In this document: in pieces, positions 29,739 to 40,022 of the stretch
Layout: each line of letters opens with the position of its first letter
How positions within the stretch are numbered: position 1 is the first letter of the stretch
Virus record (IMG/VR): IMGVR_UViG_3300033121_000332
Location: 1,191-65,190 of that record
Reading direction: 5' to 3' (one strand)
Source of the DNA: a virus
Taxonomy: Duplodnaviria > Caudoviricetes
Length of the DNA stretch: 64,000 nucleotides
Notes under the pieces: model-generated
The model's database searches: none
What the model saw: the letters and a program-made list of their open reading frames with translations, nothing else
Told to the model about the DNA's origin: nothing
Translations under genes and position numbers: made by a program

Positions 29739-31001
29739 TTAGTACGCTGCAACCTGAGTCGGCAGGCCCGTGGTCGATGCGCGTTTGATGAGAGTGTGCT
29801 TGCGCGGCTGATATGCGCCAAGCTGATAATGAACACCCATCGCGCCAACGAAGCTATCTGATCCGACGCCGTTGGTTCCCATTGACATCCTGATGTCCAG
29901 TCCGTCCTCGGAGTAGACGCCGAAAGGCTTCTCTTCCAGAACAAACAGGTCAGGCGTATTGGTGATATAGCAACGATCCTCGTCACAATCCACCGCTTTG
30001 CTGATGACCACGTTTCCAAAGCCGAAACTCTGGAATGAACCGTCGAACTTGCTGTCAGTGCCGACAAACCTCTTGAGGTTCTGACCCAGGCGAAGCAGCG
30101 CATTCTCGAAAGCCACCGAAGTCCATGCGTTGAGATTGCTCTTGGCTCCGTCCATGGTGTCTCCACGGATTTCCAGCAACGCAACCGCCGTATGGAAATC
30201 GCTGACGGTGACAGCGGCTCCCGCTAGATCCACCACGTTCGCCTTCAACTCTGAATAGGTATTACGTGAGAGAAGCTGGAAAACGCCAGTATCGTTGTTG
30301 ACGATGAAAGCGAGTCCACGCGGGAAGTTGAGATAGCCATTCGCCGGAACGATGAAGTCGGTTGAGGCGATGTCGGAATCCACGAATCCGGTGAAAGTTC
30401 CGGTTGCCGTGGTCGATGTCTTGGATGACGGACGGAATTGACCGCGAACGGTTCCCGTCGATGTGATGACATCGTAAGTCTCACCCAACTCGACCCACAC
30501 CGCACCCTTGGTTGATCCGTAGGCTGAGGCGGCGGTTGACGTGAAGGTGATGGTCAAAGTGGATGCAGATGTACACTGCGCTCTGAGACCCGACCCGTCA
30601 CCGAACATGTTGCGTTCAAGATCCTTGGTCAGTGCATCAGCGATGCGAGCGAGATATTCGCTCATACCCTGAATCTGACTGTACTCGGAACCTGCGTTGA
30701 AGTTGCGAATGGTTGTACCAGAAAGCTGATACGGGAGTGCCACGCGAGCGGGATATACATACATATCATCCCATGTCGGAAGTCCGGGTGAATTGAAGCT
30801 GAAGCCTTCAACGCCGGCAGTGATGCCGGTTGGACGGCGCAGGTAGGACGGGATACGTTCACCTTTGCCGTTGACGAAATCCTTTTTGCCGCGCTTGGCA
30901 ATTGCGTTGTAGATTGTAGTCTGATTCTCAAACTGCGTCTGAAGGTCAGACACAACCTGATTCAATACCGGAGCGATTGTCGGTACGTTCAACTGTGCCA
31001 T
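29739..31001 (-). CDS. Major capsid protein
   Basis: 420 aa after the scaffold; LTKDLERNMFGDGSG motif typical of HK97-fold capsids; strong RBS; 3' hairpin at 29708-29730. Confidence 0.8.
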   Translation of the reverse strand: MAQLNVPTIAPVLNQVVSDLQTQFENQTTIYNAIAKRGKKDFVNGKGERIPSYLRRPTGITAGVEGFSFNSPGLPTWDDMYVYPARVALPYQLSGTTIRNFNAGSEYSQIQGMSEYLARIADALTKDLERNMFGDGSGLRAQCTSASTLTITFTSTAASAYGSTKGAVWVELGETYDVITSTGTVRGQFRPSSKTSTTATGTFTGFVDSDIASTDFIVPANGYLNFPRGLAFIVNNDTGVFQLLSRNTYSELKANVVDLAGAAVTVSDFHTAVALLEIRGDTMDGAKSNLNAWTSVAFENALLRLGQNLKRFVGTDSKFDGSFQSFGFGNVVISKAVDCDEDRCYITNTPDLFVLEEKPFGVYSEDGLDIRMSMGTNGVGSDSFVGAMGVHYQLGAYQPRKHTLIKRASTTGLPTQVAAY

Positions 31002-31047
31002 ATTGTTTCTCCTTTAGGCTGAATAAGTGACACAGAGAGAGAAATCA

Positions 31048-32496
31048 TTATCGTCCCATCCTGTTAGCTTGAAGCTGTGCCGCCAGTTGCGCCACGCGAT
31101 CAGGCGTAATGCCGAATCGCTGGTTGGCTGGCGAGACACCCTGCGTTAAGGGAGTGGACTGTCCAGCGGCTTGCGAGCCACTGACTCCTATCTCTGGCCG
31201 TGCGTTTGCGTTGTTGACCATTTGCTGATGACCATTCCTTGCTGTGCCAACCAGTTTTGACCAGGCTCCGATTCTCTCTGTTAGATAATTTCGGAATTTA
31301 AGGTCAATCTGGTTTGCCAGTTTTTCAGCCTCGGTACGAGCTTGCGCTGCTTTCCACGTATCCCGCTGCATTTCGTAATATGCAGCAAGACGATAGGCAC
31401 TATCGCAACCTGTGAGTTTGCTTGCCATCGTGGGGTCAGCCTCGACTCTGCTGATGGAATGTTGAATCGCTTCATTCCAAACCATCTGATTTGAATCAGC
31501 GTCGGGAAAGAAGTTAGCTTTATCTTGCAAAAGCTGAGTGGCGGCGGCCAGTGACGCGTTCCTACGCTCTCCGATGATCTGCTCACCGTAGGCATGGACT
31601 TTTTGCTGGAATTCTGCCTGAGCTGCGGCTTTCTGTTGTTCCTGAAAAGCCGCCTGCTCCTGTTGGAATTTCTCCAACTTCAGCATCGATTGTTCCCGCG
31701 CCAGGTATTGCTCACGCGCTGTTTCACTCATCGCCTGCACTTCTGCGCGAAGTTCGGGTGATAGAGTTTTATAGACTTCGTGATACTGAGGCGCGATAAT
31801 ATCGAATTCCTGCGGGTCAAATCCGCTCGCCTGTGCGACATACTTTGCCGCATCTTGTGGAGACTGTATCTGCTGGTATGTTTCCAAAAGTGCCGGGTCG
31901 AGACCCAACCTTTCTCTCAGGAACCAGTGACCAAGCGTTTCTTCATCATTGAGTGGCATATCAAAGCCATGCCACAAGACTTCTGCCAGGGTATTCGGTG
32001 ACTGATCGGCCAATGATTCAACGAATGGCCGCGCAGTGTACCGGGGCAACCCTGTTTCCGGGTCAATGACGGGAGCCTGCGTATTGGGATCAATCTCCGG
32101 CGCGAACAACTGATCAAGCGTTGCCGCTTTCTGCTGGAGTGTTTCCCATCCGCCCATCTCTTGCATTTGCTCGAAAATGGGTTTTTGCTCTGCCAATGGC
32201 TGAAGTTCAGCCAGTTGGTTTTTTGTCTCCTGATACTGTTCACGAAGACGCTGCCAATTGCTTTTCTGCTCCTGTCCAGAGAGAGACTGGAAGGATTGCT
32301 CATCAGGGAATTCAAATTCCTGAGGCGACGGCTGCGAACCGTCCACTGGCGCGGATTCTTGAACACTGCTAACGTCAGCATTAGGTTGACTGACAACCGC
32401 ATCACTTACACTTGCCGAAGGTGTCACCTCTGCTGGAGTCGCAGTCGGTGTCGTTCCTGTTGCCGGAGCGATTTCAGGCGCAGTAAATTCACTCAC
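31048..32496 (-). CDS. Capsid scaffolding protein
   Basis: Acidic, low-complexity N-terminus with Gln/Glu coiled coils; lies between portal and capsid; AGGAG + GTG start. Confidence 0.7.
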   Translation of the reverse strand: MSEFTAPEIAPATGTTPTATPAEVTPSASVSDAVVSQPNADVSSVQESAPVDGSQPSPQEFEFPDEQSFQSLSGQEQKSNWQRLREQYQETKNQLAELQPLAEQKPIFEQMQEMGGWETLQQKAATLDQLFAPEIDPNTQAPVIDPETGLPRYTARPFVESLADQSPNTLAEVLWHGFDMPLNDEETLGHWFLRERLGLDPALLETYQQIQSPQDAAKYVAQASGFDPQEFDIIAPQYHEVYKTLSPELRAEVQAMSETAREQYLAREQSMLKLEKFQQEQAAFQEQQKAAAQAEFQQKVHAYGEQIIGERRNASLAAATQLLQDKANFFPDADSNQMVWNEAIQHSISRVEADPTMASKLTGCDSAYRLAAYYEMQRDTWKAAQARTEAEKLANQIDLKFRNYLTERIGAWSKLVGTARNGHQQMVNNANARPEIGVSGSQAAGQSTPLTQGVSPANQRFGITPDRVAQLAAQLQANRMGR

Positions 32497-32670
32497 AAAA
32501 TTCTCCTAAAAAACAAAAACCCGCTGTCCCTCGATGGATGCCTGAGCATTCACCGAAAAACAGCGGGTTACTTACGGTTTGCCGTGAACTGTCGCATCAG
32601 CAACGGGTCACGACCGATTTAGTAAACTGCTTGTGCGTACAATGGGTGTACACACGTCAAATCTTTTGTC

Positions 32671-32793
32671 CTACTTATCCTCTTTCGTCATTTCATCTTT
32701 TATCTCGTCGATTATCTTCTTAATTCCTTTTGCAATCAAGTTTAAACCTTGATAGACAATCGTCAAGACTTGTAAAAAGCGATGTTCACTCAT
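32671..32793 (-). CDS. 40-aa small protein (below the ORF-track cutoff)
   Basis: MSEHRFLQVLTIVYQGLNLIAKGIKKIIDEIKDEMTKEDK; ATGA overlap with the upstream stop. Confidence 0.5.
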   Translation of the reverse strand: MSEHRFLQVLTIVYQGLNLIAKGIKKIIDEIKDEMTKEDK

Positions 32794-32993
32794 TTCTTTC
32801 TCGCTGGTAACGGTTTAGCTTTTCGCCCTTTCACCTTGCCCATTTTCGGCTTGGACGCCTTTTCAGGGAGGCTTTTTGGTGACTGACCCTCGACATATTC
32901 AGCAGCTTTGGCAGATGTAAGTCCGGAAGCGTGGATCGATCCGTGCGCTACCCCTTGCATAAATCGGAATTGTGCTTTAGATGTCGCCGGCAT
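32790..32993 (-). CDS. Small basic phage protein
   Basis: MPATSKAQFRFM N-terminus of a common small phage family found near head genes. Confidence 0.65.
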   Translation of the reverse strand: MPATSKAQFRFMQGVAHGSIHASGLTSAKAAEYVEGQSPKSLPEKASKPKMGKVKGRKAKPLPARKK

Positions 32994-32998
32994 TGCTG

Positions 32999-33244
32999 CT
33001 ACTCCTTGATATCCTTCTTGCCTTTGAAGGAAAGAGGCTTTATCGACTTCTTGAGTTTCTTGACGCCTACTTGGGGAAGCGGCTTCGCTTTCCGTCCAGC
33101 GTGAGGTTTCTCGATGCGCGACCCTTTGCGTGAAGTTGCCTTTTCTTTGGCATCATCGGCCATTGAAATGTCATCGTCTGGCTGATCTTCCTTATCTTTC
33201 ATTGCGGCAAAAAAGCCTTTGCGGTTCTTTTCTGATTTAAACAT
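32999..33244 (-). CDS. Small basic protein
   Basis: AGGAG RBS before ATG 33244. Confidence 0.6.
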   Translation of the reverse strand: MFKSEKNRKGFFAAMKDKEDQPDDDISMADDAKEKATSRKGSRIEKPHAGRKAKPLPQVGVKKLKKSIKPLSFKGKKDIKE

Positions 33245-33251
33245 TGTTCTC

Positions 33252-35966
33252 CTATGCGCTCCCTGCTGGAATCTGTGAAGCGTTCTTACCGGGATATGGA
33301 CGTTTTGCCAATGCCCCACCACTACCTTCACCCTGCATCTTCATGTTGGCGCGAGCGGAATCACGGTTGGAATCTGATGGAGTCTTTGATGCCTGGGCAT
33401 TCTGTTGTGGGCCGACCGCTTTCTGACCCGCCCCCGGTTCGCCATCCGCCTGCATTTCCGGTTGCGGCTGAGTGGCCAATGCAAACTGGTTCATTATCAT
33501 CTGTTCCTGTGCCGCCATCTGAAGGTGCGTGTGGATCAACGCTCGGACACCAGCGCGAGTCAGGGGATCGGCTTCTTTCATCTCATCGTCAAGAATCAAG
33601 TCTCTGAGCCACTTAACCGAAAGCATATGCCCCGGTTCCTCAATGATCACTTCCGGTCGCAATGCTGCAACCATCTGTTGCCCGATCATCTCCATCGGGT
33701 CTACAGGCATCCCCGTCATCGGGTCAACCTGCGGGACAATCTGACTCATTATCTGCATCTGCGCGGCTAGTTGGGCAAACTGTGGAGCCATCATCTTAAT
33801 CTGATCGACTCTCTGCCGGCAAAGAATCGATGTCGGCTCAAATATGTCACCTTCGATGTCCACGTTAAATGCTGCGGCAACATCCGCCACGAAATCAGGC
33901 ATGGACTGTTGCGCCATAAGTAACCCTTGAACACCGCCAAACATCAAGAGAAGTTTCTGAGTGGCTTCCTGTTTCTCCAACTTGGACGATGGGAGCCACG
34001 AATCCTTGACCGCCTCGAATCTGACCTTTCCCGCACTTAAATCCGACGCTGATAGCCAGATACCATCCTGTTTCCCACGTTTGCCGGTAAGAGGGAAGTA
34101 TCGCTCGTCAACAAAGTATTTCTGCGCCAGAGCGAACAGAAGATATGCCGATTTGACATCCGCATCTCCCTTTAGCGCAAACTCAGGAGCGTTATGCTGC
34201 GCAGACGCCGATGCCATCAACTGTGCGCCCGTTGCCGTCTTGGAATCCATCCCAGGTACGCCCTCATTGACGAGTGCGCCCATTGATGTCTGCATATTGG
34301 AATCTAATTTCTCGATATACCAGGGGATATGGGCGGGGATCTGACCCGGAGGCATTTGGTGGACAAGTTCCTGAATGCGCGTTCCTTCCGCACGATTGCG
34401 TAGTGAAACCGGGACGTTATTCTGCGGCTGTCCTAATAGTTTGACATCATCCGACCCGATTGCGTCTTTATCATAGAGCCAACCGGGAAGGGATGCGCTT
34501 CTAATCTGTTCAAAGACAAGACTAAGGGTGATATTCCATTGACGCTGCATTTCTACCGCGTCATTGATGCCATAGCCTAACCCGGTAAACAGCCTGATAT
34601 GATAAGGAGCGGTGACGAAATGATCGGTGTGCTTTTCGTTTGAAAGCATCAGCGGGGTATCAATACCTTCACACCACGCAACGTACATCCCATCGGGGAA
34701 CATTTCTATGGCTTTCGTGCCGGCAGGGATCGTTTCACCCTGTACCGTGGCCATATCTGTGGGGAAGGTATAATCCGCATACATTATTGGGGTAAACCAC
34801 CACTGCGAAAAATCAACGTAATGCTTTGAATTTGCAATATCCGTTGACATCCCGGTATTGGCAGCAGTTGACCGCCGCATTCTCTCTTCGTATTCCAGTC
34901 CCGTATCTTTCCCGCGAGAATTCGGTGGGGGAATCTTCAGTCCCGGAAACTTCGCCTTTACTTCTTCGACTCTGACCCGGCGTGACCATCTCGCCCAAGG
35001 AGACTTTTCCAGAGAGAGGGATATTTCGTGGCGCAACTGGCTGTATGGAACGGGAATCCCGCGCAAGCATCCGAGTTTGACCTGTTCTTTCCCTGTCACC
35101 ACCTCAATTTGAGACTCAGGAGCCTGACTTACATTGACGTTGGGTGATCCACAGGTCGGGCAGATCGGTTGTTCAGGAGAAGGTAGTAGTCGTCCCTGAT
35201 TTCCGGCTTGACTGTCCATTTCCCCTCCACCTTCTGCCATAGCAGGATCAGGGTTTGAGAGGGGAGCAGATACAGGGATGGGAGCATTTTCTTGTGGTAT
35301 CCCACCAACTCCATATTGTGACGCTTCTCCGACATTGCCGCAATCGAGGCATTCTGCCATGTCTGCGCCAGCTTTGAAGGGGACATGGGAAGTGACTGGT
35401 CGTTCACCGTATTCATCTGGTTCACCCTCCGAATCGTACCAAAAATATCTGGCATAAGTTCCATGTACCTGACCAGATAACGCTTCTGTCTGTCTAAACC
35501 ATTCCGTGAATATCCGGGGTTCAATCGCATCCCAAAGAAGTTGAGCTGCACGGGCGGCTCCCACTGCTTCATCGCTATCATCACCGGGGATAGCTGAAAT
35601 GGTAGTGCGGGATGCTACCCACTTTGACATCAAGACGTGGGAATAGAAACCAAGTTTGTTTTGTTCACGAATTCGGGATGCGGTCGAATCCGGCATTGGG
35701 ATCACATCCCATCCAAATGCTCTATGTTTTCGCCTCAGTAGTTGCTTACCCTCAATGAACTTGTCAATCATCTCCCATACAAGATGCAGCTCCTTCCATT
35801 CAGCCTCATGGTTCTTTTCTAATTCGACTTTCTTAGTTTTGAACCACTCGGTAAACGGTTTTTGAGGCTCCCCTTGCTCATCTATATATCGCTGAAGCAG
35901 AGGTTCAACAGGCGCGAAATTAGGCGCATCTGGTTGTGGTATGTATAACCCGTCTTGGTTTTCCAC
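33252..35966 (-). CDS. Portal protein (P22-like) with a CxxC...CxxC insertion
   Basis: 904 aa between TerL and scaffold; helical N-terminus; AINDAVEMQRQWN and GMDSKTATGAQLM portal-like motifs; disordered tail. Confidence 0.8.
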   Translation of the reverse strand: MENQDGLYIPQPDAPNFAPVEPLLQRYIDEQGEPQKPFTEWFKTKKVELEKNHEAEWKELHLVWEMIDKFIEGKQLLRRKHRAFGWDVIPMPDSTASRIREQNKLGFYSHVLMSKWVASRTTISAIPGDDSDEAVGAARAAQLLWDAIEPRIFTEWFRQTEALSGQVHGTYARYFWYDSEGEPDEYGERPVTSHVPFKAGADMAECLDCGNVGEASQYGVGGIPQENAPIPVSAPLSNPDPAMAEGGGEMDSQAGNQGRLLPSPEQPICPTCGSPNVNVSQAPESQIEVVTGKEQVKLGCLRGIPVPYSQLRHEISLSLEKSPWARWSRRVRVEEVKAKFPGLKIPPPNSRGKDTGLEYEERMRRSTAANTGMSTDIANSKHYVDFSQWWFTPIMYADYTFPTDMATVQGETIPAGTKAIEMFPDGMYVAWCEGIDTPLMLSNEKHTDHFVTAPYHIRLFTGLGYGINDAVEMQRQWNITLSLVFEQIRSASLPGWLYDKDAIGSDDVKLLGQPQNNVPVSLRNRAEGTRIQELVHQMPPGQIPAHIPWYIEKLDSNMQTSMGALVNEGVPGMDSKTATGAQLMASASAQHNAPEFALKGDADVKSAYLLFALAQKYFVDERYFPLTGKRGKQDGIWLSASDLSAGKVRFEAVKDSWLPSSKLEKQEATQKLLLMFGGVQGLLMAQQSMPDFVADVAAAFNVDIEGDIFEPTSILCRQRVDQIKMMAPQFAQLAAQMQIMSQIVPQVDPMTGMPVDPMEMIGQQMVAALRPEVIIEEPGHMLSVKWLRDLILDDEMKEADPLTRAGVRALIHTHLQMAAQEQMIMNQFALATQPQPEMQADGEPGAGQKAVGPQQNAQASKTPSDSNRDSARANMKMQGEGSGGALAKRPYPGKNASQIPAGSA

Positions 35967-36320
35967 TTATTTTATCACTCTAAAATATTGAACATATCTG
36001 TCATTTGCAAGGCTCTCCGCAACATCTTCATTCTCGACACCTTCAATCTGCTGAATGTAAGCCATCTCTTCCCTGATCCACGAATTTTTCACCGCATCTT
36101 CCATTTCCGGTAGCATGGAAGATGACGGTGAAATAATCTGGATGGGACTACGCGCCTGTGCTGTCTGTTCATCGGTAGATTCACGTAGCGGCTCAATGTT
36201 TCTTCGCTCCAACAGCCTGTTAAGCAATTCGGAGCGTTCGACCTCAAGCCGCTCGTTCCTTGCACGAAGTTCGGATATGGTGTCACTCAGCAATCGGACA
36301 TATGCGCGAGTATAGAGCAT
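35967..36320 (-). CDS. Hypothetical coiled-coil protein
   Basis: ORF immediately upstream of the portal. Confidence 0.6.
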   Translation of the reverse strand: MLYTRAYVRLLSDTISELRARNERLEVERSELLNRLLERRNIEPLRESTDEQTAQARSPIQIISPSSSMLPEMEDAVKNSWIREEMAYIQQIEGVENEDVAESLANDRYVQYFRVIK

Positions 36321-36326
36321 CGATCC

Positions 36327-36665
36327 TTACGCCAGGTTGTTGCCCGTGAGTCCAAGCGGCAAATCGGTGTCCTGCGCTGTGTAGAGAGCCTGCACCTGCG
36401 CCACCGTAGTTTTGCTGTTCAGGTTTGTGTCGGTCAGAATACTCAGAGCGTTTGCCTGATTAAGTGCCGGGATCAAAAACATGTTCCCGAACTGCCTTGA
36501 ACTGCTGTTTGCGGCATCAATGTTTGCCTGAACTCTTGATTTGAAAGTGGCAAAGGTGTTTGCACCGCTGATGGTCGCGGCCAGAATCAGACTTTGAGTG
36601 TTTCCCGCATTGAAGGTTGAAAGTAACCGCTTGACATGCTGTCTGTCTTCGATATTAAGTGCCAT
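36327..36665 (-). CDS. Hypothetical protein
   Basis: AGGAGA RBS; 112 aa. Confidence 0.65.
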   Translation of the reverse strand: MALNIEDRQHVKRLLSTFNAGNTQSLILAATISGANTFATFKSRVQANIDAANSSSRQFGNMFLIPALNQANALSILTDTNLNSKTTVAQVQALYTAQDTDLPLGLTGNNLA

Positions 36666-36692
36666 TGTTTCTCCTGTTGGCTGAGGACGGCT

Positions 36693-38081
36693 TTAATCCG
36701 TCTTCATAGTTAGTTGCTGTTGCGCTGCCGCCTCAGCAAGTGCGAATCGGTTGAATATGTCAGCGGGTCGTCTCCCGGCTCGCCAGTCATTGAGATGAAC
36801 GTAAGTGGGTTGAAGATTCAGATTGGGGTATGTGGCTACATACTCCAAATGCCCAATCACGACATCCGTTGATAAGAATACCCTTATACCACTTTCTTCG
36901 CAATTCTTCCAGAATCCAATGTCAGCATCGATCCTTCCCTCTTCCCATCCACCATTCGGATCTGGTTGCTCCCAAAACCACGGCTTCTTGATTCTGTCAA
37001 AGACATCCCGTTTAAAAGCGGTCAATCCGAAGTGTCCCCACTTAATCGGAACCTTCTCATCGGTGATAACGACTTCTCCGTGGGACTGCGCCAGAATTTC
37101 TCCACCTTCACGTTTTTGCTGCATTGCGACCAGCACATCCACGTCGGGATTGTCATGCATTTGCACAAGAAGTCGGGCCATCTGGTCATAAGTAAAGAGT
37201 GAATCGTAGTCAATCGTGACTACGTATCGCGCCGTGGGAAATTCTTTCAAACCTCTCTCAATGGCGCGAGTCAGTGATTGATGCCACCAGACCCCTTCTC
37301 CCCGGAATATCTGAAGATGCGGAGAGAATTGAGACACCGCGCTAATAATACAGTCACTATTTGACAGGAAGCCGAGGCGCGGCGTACTCATCGCCACCAC
37401 TGCGCTGATGCCTGAGTGTTCAGAATCAGACCCCGACTCATCTGCCAAACCTTCATTCAATAAGAGTCTCGCCAAGTCTTTCCTGACGCAGATGAGATTC
37501 GTCTGAGTCGCACAAATGACCTCATAGCCTCTGGCTTTGGCCACATATTGAGTGGCGTACCTGCCGGCTTGTCCCGTTCCACCGCATTCGGGGATGAACA
37601 TGGGGTCGATGTCGTAATCATATTCAACCATGATCACCCTGGGTTGATATTCCAGCAGGGAATTCAGGATGTAATAATCCTGACCGTCCACGTCGATCAC
37701 TACAAGGTCGATATCAATGGGAGCCTTACTCGCTTCCAGTATTTCATCAAGGATAGGCTCTTTACCCGGTTTGACCCCGATTTTGTAGTTCCAGCATCGT
37801 ACCTTTTCGTTGCCTTGATATCGGAGTACCAGTTTTTGATACTCTTCATCGTTCGCTTCGATTTCAATAGCATCCCATCCCTGCTCAATCAGGTATCGGG
37901 TGTTTGAAAACCACAACCCATCTGCGGCTCCAACCTCTAAACACCACTTATTTTCCCTTCCGATGACATTAAAGATGGCGTCGAGGATGCTGTCTTCGCC
38001 AAATTGTGAATATCGCGTCCATAATTTGATAGTTCGTAAAAAATCGTCGTATTCGCTTTGTATTTTAACCGGATGTCCCAT
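36693..38081 (-). CDS. FkbM-like methyltransferase fused to a GT-A (family 2-like) glycosyltransferase
   Basis: YSQFGEDSIL...CLEVGAADG..SNT and VIDVDGQDY in the N-half; TIDYD (DxD) and GHFGLTAF...EDAD-like RIDADIGF in the C-half. Confidence 0.75.
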   Translation of the reverse strand: MGHPVKIQSEYDDFLRTIKLWTRYSQFGEDSILDAIFNVIGRENKWCLEVGAADGLWFSNTRYLIEQGWDAIEIEANDEEYQKLVLRYQGNEKVRCWNYKIGVKPGKEPILDEILEASKAPIDIDLVVIDVDGQDYYILNSLLEYQPRVIMVEYDYDIDPMFIPECGGTGQAGRYATQYVAKARGYEVICATQTNLICVRKDLARLLLNEGLADESGSDSEHSGISAVVAMSTPRLGFLSNSDCIISAVSQFSPHLQIFRGEGVWWHQSLTRAIERGLKEFPTARYVVTIDYDSLFTYDQMARLLVQMHDNPDVDVLVAMQQKREGGEILAQSHGEVVITDEKVPIKWGHFGLTAFKRDVFDRIKKPWFWEQPDPNGGWEEGRIDADIGFWKNCEESGIRVFLSTDVVIGHLEYVATYPNLNLQPTYVHLNDWRAGRRPADIFNRFALAEAAAQQQLTMKTD

Positions 38082-40022
38082 TTATTCCTTCCAGTAAGCG
38101 CGGAAATTGTCACCAGTATCTAAAATCTCACCCGACCAGTGGTTATTTCCGAGTTTATTGTTTTTTTGTTGCTGTTTAAGTTCCCATTCGCGGAGAATGA
38201 GTGCGTAATCAGCTTGTTGAGGGGCCATTTTCTCGATATCTTCGCGTCTTAACCCCTTGGAGAGTGCCATTTCCTGTTTTTCCTCGGCTGTATAAGGTGT
38301 CGGACCGAGAGAAAAATGAGAAAACAGCATCATTAGTGAGTTGCCAATGTCATCGAACACTTTCATCGGCTTATCTGCCTGCAATCCAGTCTCGGTCAAC
38401 CCTACGTTGCGCCACGACCACTGAGGGAATTGCTCCCGGAGTAGTTTCAAACCTCGATCATCCCTTGCTTCTTCCACCTGATCGTCATCGACGATGAAAT
38501 ACCAGCCGGCCAAGCCATTCTCCCCCGGTTTAAAGGGGTTCGGCTGAGAGTAATCGGGTCTCAGGAAGTGGCGCATCTGCTCGACACCGCCTGCTGCTTT
38601 CGGATTACAGGGAGCAAAGGGGATGCCGTAGGTAATATTGTAGTGATCCCTGACGGTACGCGCTTCGTGTGACATATGCCAGGTGTCGTAATTAGCCCCT
38701 TCTGTCTGTAGCCATCTCTCAACTTCTGCGCGGATTGCTCGCGTGGCAGTGTCTTTTGTCTGTGTCTCAAGGATAGAAGTGTCTATCATCGGCATCAATC
38801 GGTTGATCAACGCCAATGCCGTCTCATCCGGCATAGTGTTCTGCTTGAATGTAGTGATGCCCCATGTGAAATGAATGTGTGGTAGCACCGCATTGGCCGA
38901 AGATGTCGCCACGTAAGACATGACGCAGGGGTGAATTGACCCCCAATCGTGTCCGACATACTTTCGCCAATGATGCGGAATGTGTCTTACCCCGAAAACT
39001 GACTGAAACTGCGACCAAGAGATAATGTGAACCTTTTCGTTCCACTCAGGGAGGATCAACCCCTGTTTGTTCTGGTCAACTTCGTGTTGACACTCTGCCA
39101 AAAACGCATCCAACCCGAATACATCGATATCTTCCTGCGCTCTTTCCAACCCGTACTTATGCCAGGTGGGAGTGCCGGAGACGACTATATCCTTGACCAT
39201 TCCCTTCACTGTGCGTTCCTCTGTGACGAGGTTCTCAATGGCAGGGATGGGTTGAGTGGGGAAACGATTTGTCAGGATGCGAGCTGTCTGTTTCAACGCC
39301 CGGTACATCACCGAATAGCGATTGATGACGTTCTGAGCAAAGAAGAAGAGTGTCCCTTCCTGCTTTGTCGGTAAAACTTCCGTAGTTAAGACTTCAAATC
39401 GCTTTTGCGCTACTGCTGGAGAATCCTGACGATCATCGATATCGTCCGGTACAATAAGAGTGGGACGTATATTGTCAATATTCGCACCAGCGACCCCCTT
39501 ATCAAGTGAAACAAAGTGGAAGATGTAGCCTTGGTCAGTGTAGATAAACTTCTGCGTCCATCCTTTGCTAGATCCTTGTGAACTCTTACGAACACGCGCA
39601 AGGGTAGGGTAGTACTTGCGAATCGATTCTGACGCAATCAGGCTTTCCATTGACAGGGCGTGTCCCTTTACCTTGTCGTCGGTTCCACCGACATAGAGAC
39701 AATAGCCTTTCTTGCTGAGGCAGGCATCCGCAACGGCAATACGTCGCGCCAAAGTTGATTTAAGATGACCGCGACTCCACGGTGCAAAATAGGCGTCGTT
39801 CTTGGGTTTAATGCCGGCGAGTTGCTGCATCCGACTGTTCCAGTGCCAGATGACCGCTTCTCTGTGATGCGGGGCAAAGGCGTCCACCAGGTCATCGCCA
39901 AAGATTGTTCTCCACCACGTTTCCCATCCGGCCAATTCCAGTTCAGTCGCCGTCTTATTGCGCGTGACATCCTCAATGCCAGCGGTAATCTCGTCCAGTA
40001 ATGCGTCTAAATTAAGAGCCAT
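38082..40022 (-). CDS. terL: Terminase large subunit
   Basis: SRGHLKST Walker-A-like motif, IVPDDIDD Walker B, C-terminal RNase-H-like GHDWGSIHP and DDIGNS motifs. Confidence 0.85.
   Translation of the reverse strand: MALNLDALLDEITAGIEDVTRNKTATELELAGWETWWRTIFGDDLVDAFAPHHREAVIWHWNSRMQQLAGIKPKNDAYFAPWSRGHLKSTLARRIAVADACLSKKGYCLYVGGTDDKVKGHALSMESLIASESIRKYYPTLARVRKSSQGSSKGWTQKFIYTDQGYIFHFVSLDKGVAGANIDNIRPTLIVPDDIDDRQDSPAVAQKRFEVLTTEVLPTKQEGTLFFFAQNVINRYSVMYRALKQTARILTNRFPTQPIPAIENLVTEERTVKGMVKDIVVSGTPTWHKYGLERAQEDIDVFGLDAFLAECQHEVDQNKQGLILPEWNEKVHIISWSQFQSVFGVRHIPHHWRKYVGHDWGSIHPCVMSYVATSSANAVLPHIHFTWGITTFKQNTMPDETALALINRLMPMIDTSILETQTKDTATRAIRAEVERWLQTEGANYDTWHMSHEARTVRDHYNITYGIPFAPCNPKAAGGVEQMRHFLRPDYSQPNPFKPGENGLAGWYFIVDDDQVEEARDDRGLKLLREQFPQWSWRNVGLTETGLQADKPMKVFDDIGNSLMMLFSHFSLGPTPYTAEEKQEMALSKGLRREDIEKMAPQQADYALILREWELKQQQKNNKLGNNHWSGEILDTGDNFRAYWKE

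Noticed and set aside
32570-32620. GGCAAACC motif suggesting a c-di-GMP-I riboswitch
   Set aside because: The GNRA tetraloop and second-stem consensus are missing; kept only as a generic structured leader.
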